DNA of 64,000 nucleotides. Origin: Catajapyx aquilonaris (taxonomy: Eukaryota). Positions 11,175 to 23,800 of the stretch are shown in pieces. A program made the translations under genes and the position numbers. The stretch's first letter is position 1. The number at the start of each line of letters is the position of its first letter. The notes below the pieces were generated by a model. That model did not search any database, was not told where the DNA came from, and was given only the letters and a program-made list of their open reading frames with translations. The stretch covers positions 1 to 64,000 of the forward strand of contig JYFJ02000819.1 of NCBI GenBank assembly GCA_000934665.2, in the 5' to 3' direction.

Positions 11175-14100
11175 ATACACCGAATTTATATAAATTAAAA
11201 CTGCGGGTAACAACTATGGAATAATTTTCGTCCCACTTCTATACTGCTAACTTAGCAGTGCCAGTAAACACTGGCACTACTGCTAAGTTTAGACGAAAAT
11301 TCCACCCTATATGCCGTTTTAGAAGAAGAAGGGATGCATGCCAGGATGTGTTTGAAACCAATTATTTCAGTAACGAGGCTTCTGACACCTTTACATGAAC
11401 ACGGGCATCGTAATACACCTGCTGCAACAATACACAAGAGTCATAAACTCATGTATTATGTGAGAAGCGCATTCCAATCGCTTGCGTGAGAACCTCATCT
11501 TTGCTCATAAAATTGGTAGAAACAGGGTTTAGGCGTTGCTCGGGTGTAAAATATTGTCGCGCTAACAGGTGAGCAGGTGGTGCGCAGTAATTACATGCAA
11601 TGTAGCATGTGGTGTAATAAAGTGGCGCAAACTGTAAATATTACACCAAAGAAGGCGTGAATTTTAATGCGTAAGTCACACATGTTTTCGTTGGTGGGTC
11701 ATCAATTTTGCAACTTATATAAATCCATCAGCAATTTGGGACATTCTTCAGATCTCGGGGACTCGCCCAACAATAAATTCCCGTTATGATGATGGACACG
11801 ACCTGGCTTTAAAAAAAATTAAGCCGCAATAATAATTAGGCATTCACACTTGATGGCGCTGGTTTGGTCGGTTGGAAGCGGTGCATATTAATAATGCAAA
11901 TTGAGGCAAGGGGTGCAGATAGCTGCAATTCTCACCTGCTGGAATATAATAAGTTGAAGACGAACCTGCTCTGAACAAACAACCCCTGCGGCGGGTCTTG
12001 CAGTAAAACCATCGGAATATTGGGAACAACCGGTGGAATTCTTTGCAGGGTATAATGAAACACCCTGTATGCATATGCGACCGGGTGTCGTTTTTTTTAT
12101 CTCCCTAATTGAGTGGGAACCGGGTAGTGAATGACAATCACCTGTCCCGATGAAGTGGAGTGTCACTGATGTGTTTCGATGGGTCTATTACAGGGAGGCT
12201 GTTGGGAGGAATAATTAGGATGATGATTGAGGCATTGAATGCTGATGTAACGACCCGAACTTAGACATTCAGAAGGCGTATCATACAGGGCGGGGATACT
12301 CTGGCAATTACACCTCTCCATACAATAAATAATACAAAAAAAGGAATTTACAACCCGGAGTTTAAATCGCCTATATATACATTGTGTTTATAGTTAATTG
12401 TTGAAAATAGCACCGCCCTCGTGAGTGTAATGATTGATATGTGAAGTGCAAGGCGGTTGAAATATTTTTGAAGCGAAGTGTGTGACGCAGGCGCCATTTG
12501 TCTCTGTATGGCACGGCGCCCACGTGGCGCCAGCTGAGAGAGCCAGAAAATTAAAAAAAAGAAAGAAGGAGAGATACCTGTCCTGCCTGTGATTATGCTA
12601 ATTTCTCGTTTCTCAGAGACAAGAGAGGCGTGTCCGGAGGTCAAAAGCGATCCTCTCCTTCATTTTACTCCTCATTTTCTTGGTGTGTATACCGTGTAAT
12701 CCTGTGCACATAACACATGTCGGTTTCCATACACACAAAACCGCCAGGTTCTACTTTTCAGTGGACCGGACAGCACGCAATCGCGGCATTAATAATAATC
12801 GTGGGGGGGCGTTCACAACCTTGGCCGAATATGTAAAAATTTCGCGCATTATTCACAAACTTCGAAAACTTGTCACGCTGGATTTTTGTATAGTGTGTGC
12901 GAAATAATCAGATGTCAGTTTTTGCCTGATTAGCAGGAAAAATTCGTTGGGAAATAAAAATTGAAATATATTGAAACGTGTCAGAACAATCCGGATGAAT
13001 GTTGTCAACCTTTTTTCTGACAATAGCGTGTTGTAAGGCCGAATGGAAAAGTGACCTGTCGCCAATGGGATCCGGCAGTGAGTTATGTTGAGGAACACGT
13101 TGCATCACCAGCCCCAATGACAAAAGCCACACCCACACACAGGACAGTGCCAAGACAGAGATCTCACGGAGTTTTTTCTTTTAAATAAAAAAAAGTGTCA
13201 TCACTTTGTCATTCTGGTGGCCGTCTTTTTGGATCAGGAATAGACGGACCGACAGCACGAGGCATTTTGTCATTTAAGCTTCCGAGGCTCTCTCTCTTCG
13301 AAGCACCAAAGCAGCTTAGGAATGTTGAGTCTCCTAAAAGACTGACTGAGCTGCTTCAAGGCGGGGCAACGAACGCTAATCCAGGCACTTGGGATCGGGG
13401 AAGAAGAATTTGCGGTTTCAATTATTTTTTTTTGCACCCATATGCGATTGATGCCGAGTTGTTGTTTGTAAAAGTATTTCAGCGTCTAGTCCGGAATTTC
13501 ACGTCAGATCTGGATGGACCTGCTGGTTGCCCAAAAAGTTGCGCCGGGGCAAAGATCTCTTGGCGGAAAATGTGCTGGGGGGAAAAAACAACACTCAGGT
13601 TGAAGAAATAACGTTGGCTCCCTTGATGGTCGCATCTTAAATTGTGAATATATCGATCGTAAAATTTCAAGCTTACTTGTGCACCTGTGAAATTCATGTG
13701 GGTGTGAGGGAGGGGGGAAAAAAAGGCCAAAAATCAGCATGGCGTCATTCATAAATGTCACCAGTTGAATATTTTGTCCGCGGTGAGAGAGGGTCGGACG
13801 CCAAAACCGGATGATTGATTGCGATGCCACCCGTTCGTTTTTATTGTCTTTCTGAGCATGAGAAGCTGGCGGTGTGCTTGGATAATGTTTTTTTTTTCTT
13901 CTTGCATAGTCGTCATCTCATTGCGGGAATGCACGTGGCCAAAGGGTGGTGGACCCCGCGCGACCAGGTGTCTTCGCACATCAACCCGATTCAAACTGTT
14001 TGGCTATCGATCCGGCATTGATTTCCTATGTCTAATTGGGAAACAGCATGTTGCTCGGTAGGATGTCCTACAAAACAGGTTTTGGACACGTAAAAAAATT

Positions 14101-14812
14101 ATGGGCAAGATATTTGCACCTTGGCTAGGAAAAAAAATAATGATGACAACCGAATTCTTTAGTTAGGTCCTCCTGTGGTCAGTATGACAGCACAGGCTAT
14201 ATTTTTTATCGCCGGTACATCTCGAAAAAGGTGCAAGAAGTTGATTGCTTCCTTTTCTTGTATGCGAAGAAAGGTCGGCAGAATTTTTCCGCCACGTTTA
14301 ATGCGTGTTATCTCCATTCTCCACGTGCCTCCGAACCATGTACGGCTCTTTGAATTGGAATCCTCAAAGCAAGAATCCGTGTCCGCATCCCACCTAGATG
14401 ACCTTTGGGTCATCGCCCCTTTTTTTCCCGCCTTCAAGCATCACAATATAGGTGTGGCAGGGTCACCTATAGAAGTCGTGACCGCCCCAGTTGATGACCT
14501 CAGGCGGATAATTAATTTCGCACCCTGTTATGAATAAAGCAGCGGCCATTATGTTGTCACCTCAGTGTATAGGTCAAGAAACTATAAAAAAAAGTGTTGG
14601 GGGTCTTTTCCATTTAGTTAGCAGGCAGCCTCATCCGAGATGCATGAGACAACGATGCAGTAAATCAGGATGCGCTATCTGACGCATTTAGACTCCCCGA
14701 TGACAAGAGAAAGATGCGTATATGTACTGGAACACTCAATAATTATTTTAACTGGCGCGGAGACATTTACTGCGGTACAGGTATATCCAGATAGAACCGA
14801 AAAAGACCGTAC

Positions 14813-17800
14813 CTTGAGGAAGTCTCGAAGCCAGACCACGTCTGGTTTGGGCTCTCCGACCACTTCGCATAGTATGATCACCGTGTCTCCTTCGACCGCA
14901 TCGGACGAACGTGGTTTCTTCAGGAAAGTCGGAGCACTCGCGTCTCTCCTGCAGTACAAAAGGTGTCAGCTCAGGTTTTATCGCTGTAAATAATTTGATC
15001 GTACTTGAGGTTTGGTGATGGTGTGTCCTCGGTTCTTCTGGTAGTGCTGGTGGTACTGACTGTCACTTTGGCGGTACATTCGGCCTGACCCACTTCGTTC
15101 GTAGCTGTGCATGTGTATATTCCGCAGTCCTGAGGACTCACACCGGATATGACCAAGCTGACATGTCCATCGTGGTCAAGGATCATCGTTTGTCTGCGGT
15201 TCGGCCGGAGTTTGATCCCGTCTCGATGCCTGAAACCAACCGGTATATTTCAGAGTAATTTCTGAAAACTATTTTTACACACTGTTTACGCCCTCACTAT
15301 ATTTGAACCTCAGTCGCACGACCAGACGCTTTGCGACCCAGCTCAAATTGTGATGGCGTAAACAGGCTTTGACTGAGTAAACTTACCAAATGACGCCCAC
15401 TGAAGGGTATGCCTCGATGGCTGCTTCTAGATGCAATGTAGCCCCTTGTACCACAGTCTTATCCTCCAGTTCTCGGATAAACCCTGGCGATATGTAGGCC
15501 CGGATTCCTTTGTCCACTACAAGCTGACTCTTGCAACTGACCGCTGCGTGTATGTTTTTAGCAACGCATGAGTATATGCCAGAGTCCTCAAGACGTGTTG
15601 TGGAGAGCTCCAGTGTGTAAAAGTTCTCCTCGTGTGTCAGACTGTGCCGGTCGTCTTCGTGTATTAATGCGCCGTCTTTGTACCAGTTGACCTCCGGCGT
15701 TGGATGACCAACCACCTGACAGGTCAGCCGAACCGGGTAGGTCAGCTGGACGCGTCTGTCTCGAAGTCTCATCGTGAACTGAGGCGGAAGCTGCTCCATG
15801 TCACCTCTTTCGATGATGGACACTATTCCTCTGAAAAATTACGAATTATTTATCCGGGTCGTAAAATTAAGACAATGGTAAATTTACCTCCGGATTTTCC
15901 GGTCAGCTTCGAGCAGCTTAGCATCGTCGACTACTTGCAATCGAGCGAATGTTGCGACTCGACCAGCTGTGTTGCTGGCCTCGCAGCTGAACTTGGCTTC
16001 ATCTTCGGCCATCACCTGATCGATGTTCAACGAGCATCGTTGTCCGTCGTACGACACCGAGTATCGAGGCTTCCGTCCTGGGTCCATGTTGGCTCCATTT
16101 CGGAGCCACCTGACCTCCGGATGGGGATCTCCGTGAACCTGGCAGTCCAGAGTCACACTGGAGCCACGAAGGGCCTTGATGGTGCCAGGAAGAATGCTGA
16201 CAAACTCAGGAAGCTGGACACGCGTACCAAGAGCCACCGGATGACTCGTGGTGACTGACTCGCCCCAACCATACCGGTTACGAGGGGTCACTCTAAAAAG
16301 GTACTCACGACCACACTGGAGACCAAACGCATCGAACGATGGGATGGCAGCGAATCCAAGCTGTGGAAAGTACATTTTGTCACATTGAACCGATTGCACC
16401 AAAATGGTGACATACCTCTTGCCATCTGGCACCTTCGCCTAGGATCCAAGCTTCAACACGGTACGCTATGACTGGTGATATTCCGTGATGCTCAGGTTTG
16501 GCCCAACGTAGTGACACCCAGCTGGGACCTGAATCCACCACGATTGGTTCGACAGGAATTGGTCCTGGAAGAGCTGGAAAATACATGTTGGACGATAATG
16601 TCACAGTATGTCAAAAAAATAGCTTCGGACACACTAGCAAGTTGACATTTCTTGACTATACTTACTACGAGTCGCTCGACGTCCAGAGAATGACGTTAGG
16701 TCTCGTAGTGATCCGCCTTTGGACAGTTTGTCCGATTGCCAGTCGCCCTCTGGTGTTACCGATCTGGCTCGACCTTGCACCTATACAAAAACAGACATCA
16801 GCACATCGTTTGATGTTAAATACTGAACAACTTACCTTGATTGTGACGAAGGATTTGGCCGTACCGTAAACGTTCCTGACTTCGATTGTGTACGTGCCTG
16901 AATCGGACGGAATGGCTCGCTTCAGAGTGAAGCGATAAGTGTCGTTGACCACTTCTTTAATTCCTCTGGAGGACGTGGTGATGTCCTGGGTGTTTCTCAG
17001 CCAAGAGACTGAAACACGGTTTCATTGTAAAAGATGGCTCGACGATCGTGTGAACAAGTACCTTTTGGCTTCGGCTCTCCTTCCACTTTGCACCCGAAGA
17101 CAATGTCCTCTCCAACCACGACTGTCAGTACGCTCACTGGCTTTTGGAGGAAAGATGGCGGCTTTTCGTGCGATCCAGCTTCTCCAGCGTAGAGGAAGCT
17201 GAGAGACGCTGTTGTGTCTGTGGTGCTGATGGAATTGCTGGCACGACACGTGTACACGCCGAGGTCCAATGCCTGAAGATCGGTGATGCTAAGGGTGTGC
17301 AGACCACCTGGATGTTCCCTGATCTGGATTCGTGAAGATGGTGCAACTTGACGGCCGTTACGAAGCCACGTTATTGTCGGACGTGGCGAGCCTGGATAGA
17401 AGAGTTCGGTTAAAAGAATCAAGCCGCCATAGAAAGTGTGTACTCACCAGTTACTTCAACCTGAAACAGCGCGTCGTCGCCCAATTTGACAAACCTGTCG
17501 CACAAATGGGACTCAAACCTTGGTGTTCCTTCCGGTTCCTTATGCTTCAACACAGGTTTGGGGATCTGGAAGTCTTTTCCTCTACCTGGAAATATCAGTT
17601 TATGAGTGACCACCAGCTCAACCAGTACAAACGCGGTACTGACCGTCATATCTGACGTAAGTTGAGACCTCGTCGGTCCACAGGTCGTTTTGAGCTTGAC
17701 AAGTGTACGTTCCGCTGTCGTAAGGCTTCGGATCCGTCACTGCCAATCGGCACCGACCGTCCGCAGTCATTGACGACTTGAAGCGACCTCTTCCCAACAA

Positions 17801-20800
17801 TCTGCTGCCGTCTTTAAGCCAAGTTATTTTCTCAGGCGAACCCAGTACCACACATTCCATCATCAGTTCTTCCGTGTCCGAACGGTAGTGATCTGAAACC
17901 AATCATTTTTAATTGCTGAGTTTGACCCGATATGTGATTGACCTTACGTCTCATTCCGCTTGGGAAAGAAGTAGGTGTGGGTCTGGGTATGTCGTCGCCG
18001 AAGACACGCACAATTGCGCTGGAACTGCATCTTCCATGGTAGTTTTGGGCCACACAGGTGTACTCTGCTGTGTCGATTCTGGAGGCTCCGAATATTTCCA
18101 TAGCAGCCACACCGCTATCTGATGTCAGAAGGACCTACAAAAAATTGGGAATGTACAGTACATGCCCTCTCGTAACAAAGGACTGCCATACCTTGAATCC
18201 GTCAGAAAAGAGCGGAATTCCATTTTTGTACCACTTGACCTCAGGGTCAGGTATGCCCAGCACGCTGCAGGTCATCTTGATACGCGAGTCCTTGTTGACA
18301 ATGCGATCCTGCAGTTTCATGCTGAAACGCGGTCGCTTTGCAGGGTCACGTCCGGGATATACCTGCAATAATTACGAGTGGTACAGTAGCTTGTAGACAA
18401 TCAGCAAATGGACATGGTTTGCAATCAGTACCTCTGGAACCCTAGGAATGTCTCCACTTCCATACATCCTGTCAACAGACGGACTCTTGCTGAACTGTCC
18501 CAACCCTTGTCGACTCATGTCCAAAGGCAGGTCCTCAACCTCGCTCAGAGTGTGGACACGCTGAAGAAGCGAGCTGCGATCCATCATGGGCCTCGGAGAC
18601 CCTATGTCACTGGACAGCTCGTCCAGTCCAACCAGGGTGTCCTCTGCAAAGTTCTCCCTTATCTTAACCCTTCGTTGCGGTATGGACGTGGTGCTTCGAG
18701 ACAGCTGTGTGTACGACGGGTACTGGTGCAGGCTGCCAAGGCTGCTTGATGCAAATGGTCTTCGCTTGTCAGCCAGATCCGGAAGACTCTCGAGCGACGA
18801 ATCTTCCGGCTTCTTGCTTCGACTCCTGTATATCCCCATCCCCAACGCTCTTCTAGGACGGAACCTGGACATGTCCGATGTCTCCAGAGCATGCAGGCTG
18901 GTCATACTCTGTATCTTAGATCGCAGGTTGTACTCTTCTAACAGCAGTTCTTCAGAACTTCGGCCTAGATAGAGCCCCGAGCCTGTCCTACGACCTGCTC
19001 GTAGCGGGCTGGGCGATATACGATCGTACGAGCGGTCTCTAGTCCGTTCGTACTCTAGCGGCAACGAGTCGCGTCTGGATCGTCTCTCGGCTGCATGCGA
19101 CGTGTATCCTTCGTCGCTCGTTACTGTCCTTGTACTGGGTGGAGGACGTCGTTGTAAATGGTGCTCGCTGTAACGGCTAGGACTCATGTCGTAACGGCTG
19201 GGACTGTACGACGATTGGCCGATACGCTTCGGTTCGTAGCTAGGTCTGTCCAATCCCAGATGAGAACCCGCGCTTTGCATGGCTCCGATAGCGGTTCTGC
19301 GACGTGCCATGTCTTCGTCCGGATCGGTACGAGGGCCTGGACGCAAGTAGCCTTCATTGCGCTCCATGTGCGTACTATCCTTCGCGTACTTGGTTTCTTG
19401 CTTCTGGTATTTGTCCGTGTCCTTATCGCTTCTGGTTGTATCTTCCGAGTCCTTTCTAACAGCCTTGTGATCATCTTCCCTTTTCCTCTCTCTTAACTTC
19501 TCCTCCTCTTTCACTCTGTTCCGTTCCTCTTCTTTCTGCTTCTTCTCATCCGATTCGTTCTGCTTTCGTTCCTCCTCTGCTATTATTAGCTCCTTGTCGC
19601 TTGCTTTTCTTCCCTTTTTGGATCCGCGTTTGGCAACTTCTGGCTTCTCTTTCTGCTTCATTTCTTCTGATCGTTTCTTCTCCTCTTCTTCCTTGAGCCG
19701 TTGTTCCTCTGCCTGCTTTGCTTTCGCTTTTTCCTCCTCTTCCTTCTGAACTCGCTTCTTCTCTTCCTCCTCTTTTGCCTTCTGTTCCTTCAAGCCCTCA
19801 TCTTCCGATTTCTTTCCCTTTTTCGAACCACGTTTCTTAGTCTTTTCTGCCTCCTTTTTAGCCTCTTCCTCTGACTTCGATTTTTCTTCCTCTTGCTTCT
19901 TCACGGCCTCTGCTTCCTCCTTTTTCTTGGCCTCTGCTTCCGCCTCCACCTTTTTCTTGGCCTCTGCTTCTTCCTTTTGTTTCTTTTCTTCAGCTTCCTT
20001 TTTCTTCGCCTCCTCTTCAGCTTTCTTCCCCTTTTTAGAATCTCGTTTCTTGGCTCCTTTGGGTTCTGCTTCTTCCTGTTTCTTCTTTTCTTCAGCCTCT
20101 TTCTGCTTGGCCTCTACTTCTTCTTGCTTCTTCTTTTCTTCATCTGCCTTCTGCTTAAGTTCGGCTTCTTCCTTTATCTTCTTTTCCTCTTCTTCCTTCT
20201 TTTTGGCTTCTGCTTCCTCTTTTTGCTTCTTTTCTTCAGCTTCCTTCTTCTTAGCTTCAGCTTCCTCTTTCTTTTTCTTTTCCTCTTCCTCCTTCTTCTT
20301 GGCTTCTGCTTCTTCCTTTTGTTTCTTTTCTTCGCCTTCCTTTTTCTTTATATCGGCTTCCTCTTTCTTTTTGGCTTCTGCTTCTTCCTTTTGTTTCTTT
20401 TCTTCACCTTCCTTTTTCTTTATCTCAGCTTCCTCTTTCTTCTTCTTTTCCTCAGCTTCCTTCTTTTTGACTTCTACTTCCTCCTTTTGTTTCATTTCTT
20501 CAGCTTCCTTCTTCTTAGCTTCAGCTTCCTCTTTCATTTTCTTTTCCTCTTCCTCTTTCTTCTTAGCTTCCGCTTCTTCAGTTTTCTTCTTTTCCTCGGC
20601 TTCCTTCTTTTTGGCTTCTACTTCCTCCTTCTGCTTCTTTTCCTCTGCTTCTTTTTTCTTGGAGTCTGCTTCCTCCTTTTGCTTCTTTTTTTCAGCTTCC
20701 TTCTTCTTAGCTTCAGCGTCAGCTTTCTTTTTCTTTTCTTCCTCCTCCTTCTTGGCTTCTGCTTCTTCCTTTTGTTTCTTTTCTTCAGCTTCCTTTTTCT

Positions 20801-23800
20801 TTACCTCGGATTCCTCTTTCTTTTTCTTTTCCTCGTCCTTCTTTTTGGCTTCCGCTTCCTCTTTCTGCTTCTTTTCGTCAGCTTCTTTCTTTTTGGCTTC
20901 TGCTTCTTCCTTTTGTTTCTTTACCTCAGCTTCCTCCTTTTTCTTTTCCTCTTCCTCCTTCTTCTTGGCTTCTGCTTCTTCCTTTTGTTTCTTTTCTTCG
21001 ACTTCCCTTTTCTTTACCTCAGCTTCCTCTTTCCTTTTCTTTTCCTCTTCCTTCTTTTTGGCTTCTGCTTCCTCCTTCTGCTTCTTTTCTTCGGCCTCCT
21101 TCTTGACCTCTACTTCCTTTTTCTTCTTTTCCTCCTCTTCCTTCATCTTCTTAGCTTCTACTTCTTCCCTTTGCTTCATTTCCTCAGCTTCCTTCTTCTT
21201 GGCTTCCTCCTCAGCTTTCTTCTTTTTCGAATCCTTTCTCTTAACGTCCTTACTTTCTTCGTCCTTCACTTCTTGTTTAGCTCCTTCTTCATCTTTCTGT
21301 CGCCTGGATTTTTCTTCCTTATCAGCCTCCGCCTTCTTCCTCTTCTCCTCGACCTGTTCGATTTCTGAACGCGCGTCATTCATTTCTTCCTTCCTCTTCC
21401 TCATTTCTTCCTCGGCTCGTTCCTTATCTTCTGCTGCTTCCTTCATCCCCGCCTCAGCTTTCATTTTGGCTTCGTCCACGCGCTTCTTTTCCTCGTCCAT
21501 TTCTTTCTTCAACTCTCTTGTTGCCTTCAGTTGATCTTCCACCAACTTCTTCTGTTCCTCTGACTTTTTCTTTTCGGCTTCCAATTTATCCTTCAGCTCG
21601 GTCAGTTTTTCCTTTTCCTCCTCCAGTTTTTTCTTCTCCTCAGGTGTCATCTTTTTCTTCCCTTTGCCCAACTCGAGCGCTCTCTCCTCTTCGATTCTAC
21701 GTATCTCTGCGCGTGCTTTTTCCATTTCATCCGCCAGTTTCTTCTTCTCTTCGGCCAACTTCTCCATCTCCTCCCTAGCCTTTTGCTTGGCCTCTTCTAA
21801 CTTATTAATTCCTTCTTCCATCTTTTCCTTCTCACCTTTCAAGCTGCCTTTGGCTTTCTTTTCACCCTTCTGTGCTTCTTCCAAGCTCTTGTTCTCGTCC
21901 ATTACTTTGTTCTTGTCTCCATCTTGAGCCTTTGCTTTCTTCTCGTCCTCTGCCTTTTTCTCCAGGTTTTTCTTCTCTTTGGCTTCTTTGACTAGCACGT
22001 TTTCTGCAGTTTCCTTCTCTTGACTTAACACTTCTTCAATGCCCTTGTCTTCAGTGGATAACATTTCCATGACCTCTTGCGACGATTCTTTTAGTGATTT
22101 GGCCAGGTCTTGGATAGATTTGACTAGATCGCTCTCATCTTGCTTTGCACCTTTGTCACTACTCTTACGTCGCTTCTCTTCGACTTTTTTCTCAGAGTCC
22201 TTCACCTCTTTCCCTTCGTCTTGCGCCAATTTCTCTTTGGCTCTGTCAGAATCTTCCTCTTTGCTCTCCTTCATCTCCTCTGAAAGTACTTCCTTCCCCA
22301 GCTCTCTAAACGATTCTGCCATCTCCTGGACCATTGCTGCCATGTCTTCCATTCCGGACTTAACTTCTTTCTTTTTCGCTTCCAATTCGTCGGATTTGTC
22401 CTGCTTGTCTTCAGGTTTCGCATCCCTTTTCACATCAGCCTCTTGGATATGAGCGCTTGCTTTTTGCTCAGACACTTCTGCGGTTGTAGCCTGTTGCAAT
22501 TGTTCCGCTTTCAGTTTCCCAGCTTCTTCCAGATGAGCCTCTTGAGATGATGCGACTGTCGCTGTTTTCGCCTCTTGCGCTTCAGGACCAGTGCTAACCT
22601 TTGCTTCTTGCTTCTCTGAACCAGTGCTGACCTTTGCTTCTTGCTTCTCTGCACCAGTGCTGACCTTTGCTTCTTGCTTCTCTGCACCAGTGCTGACTTG
22701 TGCATCTTGCTTTTCTGCACCAGTGCTGACCTTTGCTTCTTGAGCGCTGGTTTCCTGACCCTCGACAGACATCTCCTGAATAAGCGCCTTCTGACCTTCT
22801 GCAGTTGCTTGAGTGACCTTTGCGGACTTGAGAGACTCGGCTTGTTGCATCATCACTCCTTGTTGAGCCACAGCAGCCTTCTTCAGTTGAGAAGCTTCGG
22901 CTCCTGCAACTGCTGTGTCTTCTAATTTGGACAGACTGTCCACGTCGGACAGTGTTTCTGCCACGGACAGTTGGTCCTGCTGGTCGTTTATGGCCGCTTG
23001 CATTTCAGCCAACTGTGCTGAAACAGCCGCTTGTTGCTGGAGAGCCTTTCCGTCAGTCACCTGTAGTGTCTGAACAGTGCCTTCAGTCTGGGCTTGCTGA
23101 GCAACAGCAACTTCCTTAGTCGATATCTTCATAGTCGCTTCTGTGGATTGCGCCATTGATGATAAGGACAGACTCTGAGCTTCTTCCAGTACTGTTTCTC
23201 CCTGTGCCACTGCAACTTGCTGTGCCGACTGGACAGTGGCACTGGTTGACACTGATTCTTCCAATGAGGACAGTGGTCGCGTACCTTCCATCAGCAGTGC
23301 CTGCTCCTGATTGAGGGCGACCTGCTGCGCCGACGCCATTTCGATCGACGCTTCAGCCGACGACAGTTGAGGTGTCATCGTTCGTAAGCTGCCTTCAGCT
23401 TGAACCTGCTCTTGCACCACCGCAACTTCTCGAGCAGAGGCCATCTGCAGAGACGCGTCTGTCGAAATGGCGTCCATTGTTGACGACATGCTCTGAGCCC
23501 CGTCCTGCATCTCAACCTGCTGCTGAACCATGGCCACTTGCTTCATCGACGCCATGTGGAGAGACGCTTCAGCCGAGGCGTCTTCGGTTGAGGTCATCGA
23601 CTTGACATCATCATGCACCTGAACTTGCTGAACCAGACCTGCCTGCTGAGATGACTCTAACCCAACAGTCGCTTGAGCTGATTGCACCTGAGCCGAAGAC
23701 GCAACGGCTTGACCTTGAACCTGAAGCTCATGCACTTGGGCCACTTCCTTCAGCGATTCGACCTGAACTGAGGCCTTAGACGACGATGCGTCCTGGCTCG

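Noticed and set aside
11345..11418. Minus-strand acceptor giving VYYDARVHVKVSEASLLK-stop as a terminal exon of the giant gene
   Set aside because: Phase fits, but it lacks the D.G.Y.C/V.A.N motif needed to finish the Ig domain; no independent support.
19893..21534. Long plus-strand F/L/S-rich ORFs (491 and 535 aa)
   Set aside because: Antisense shadows of the E/K/A repeat exon; the reverse complements of GAA/AAG/GCA codons lack stops.
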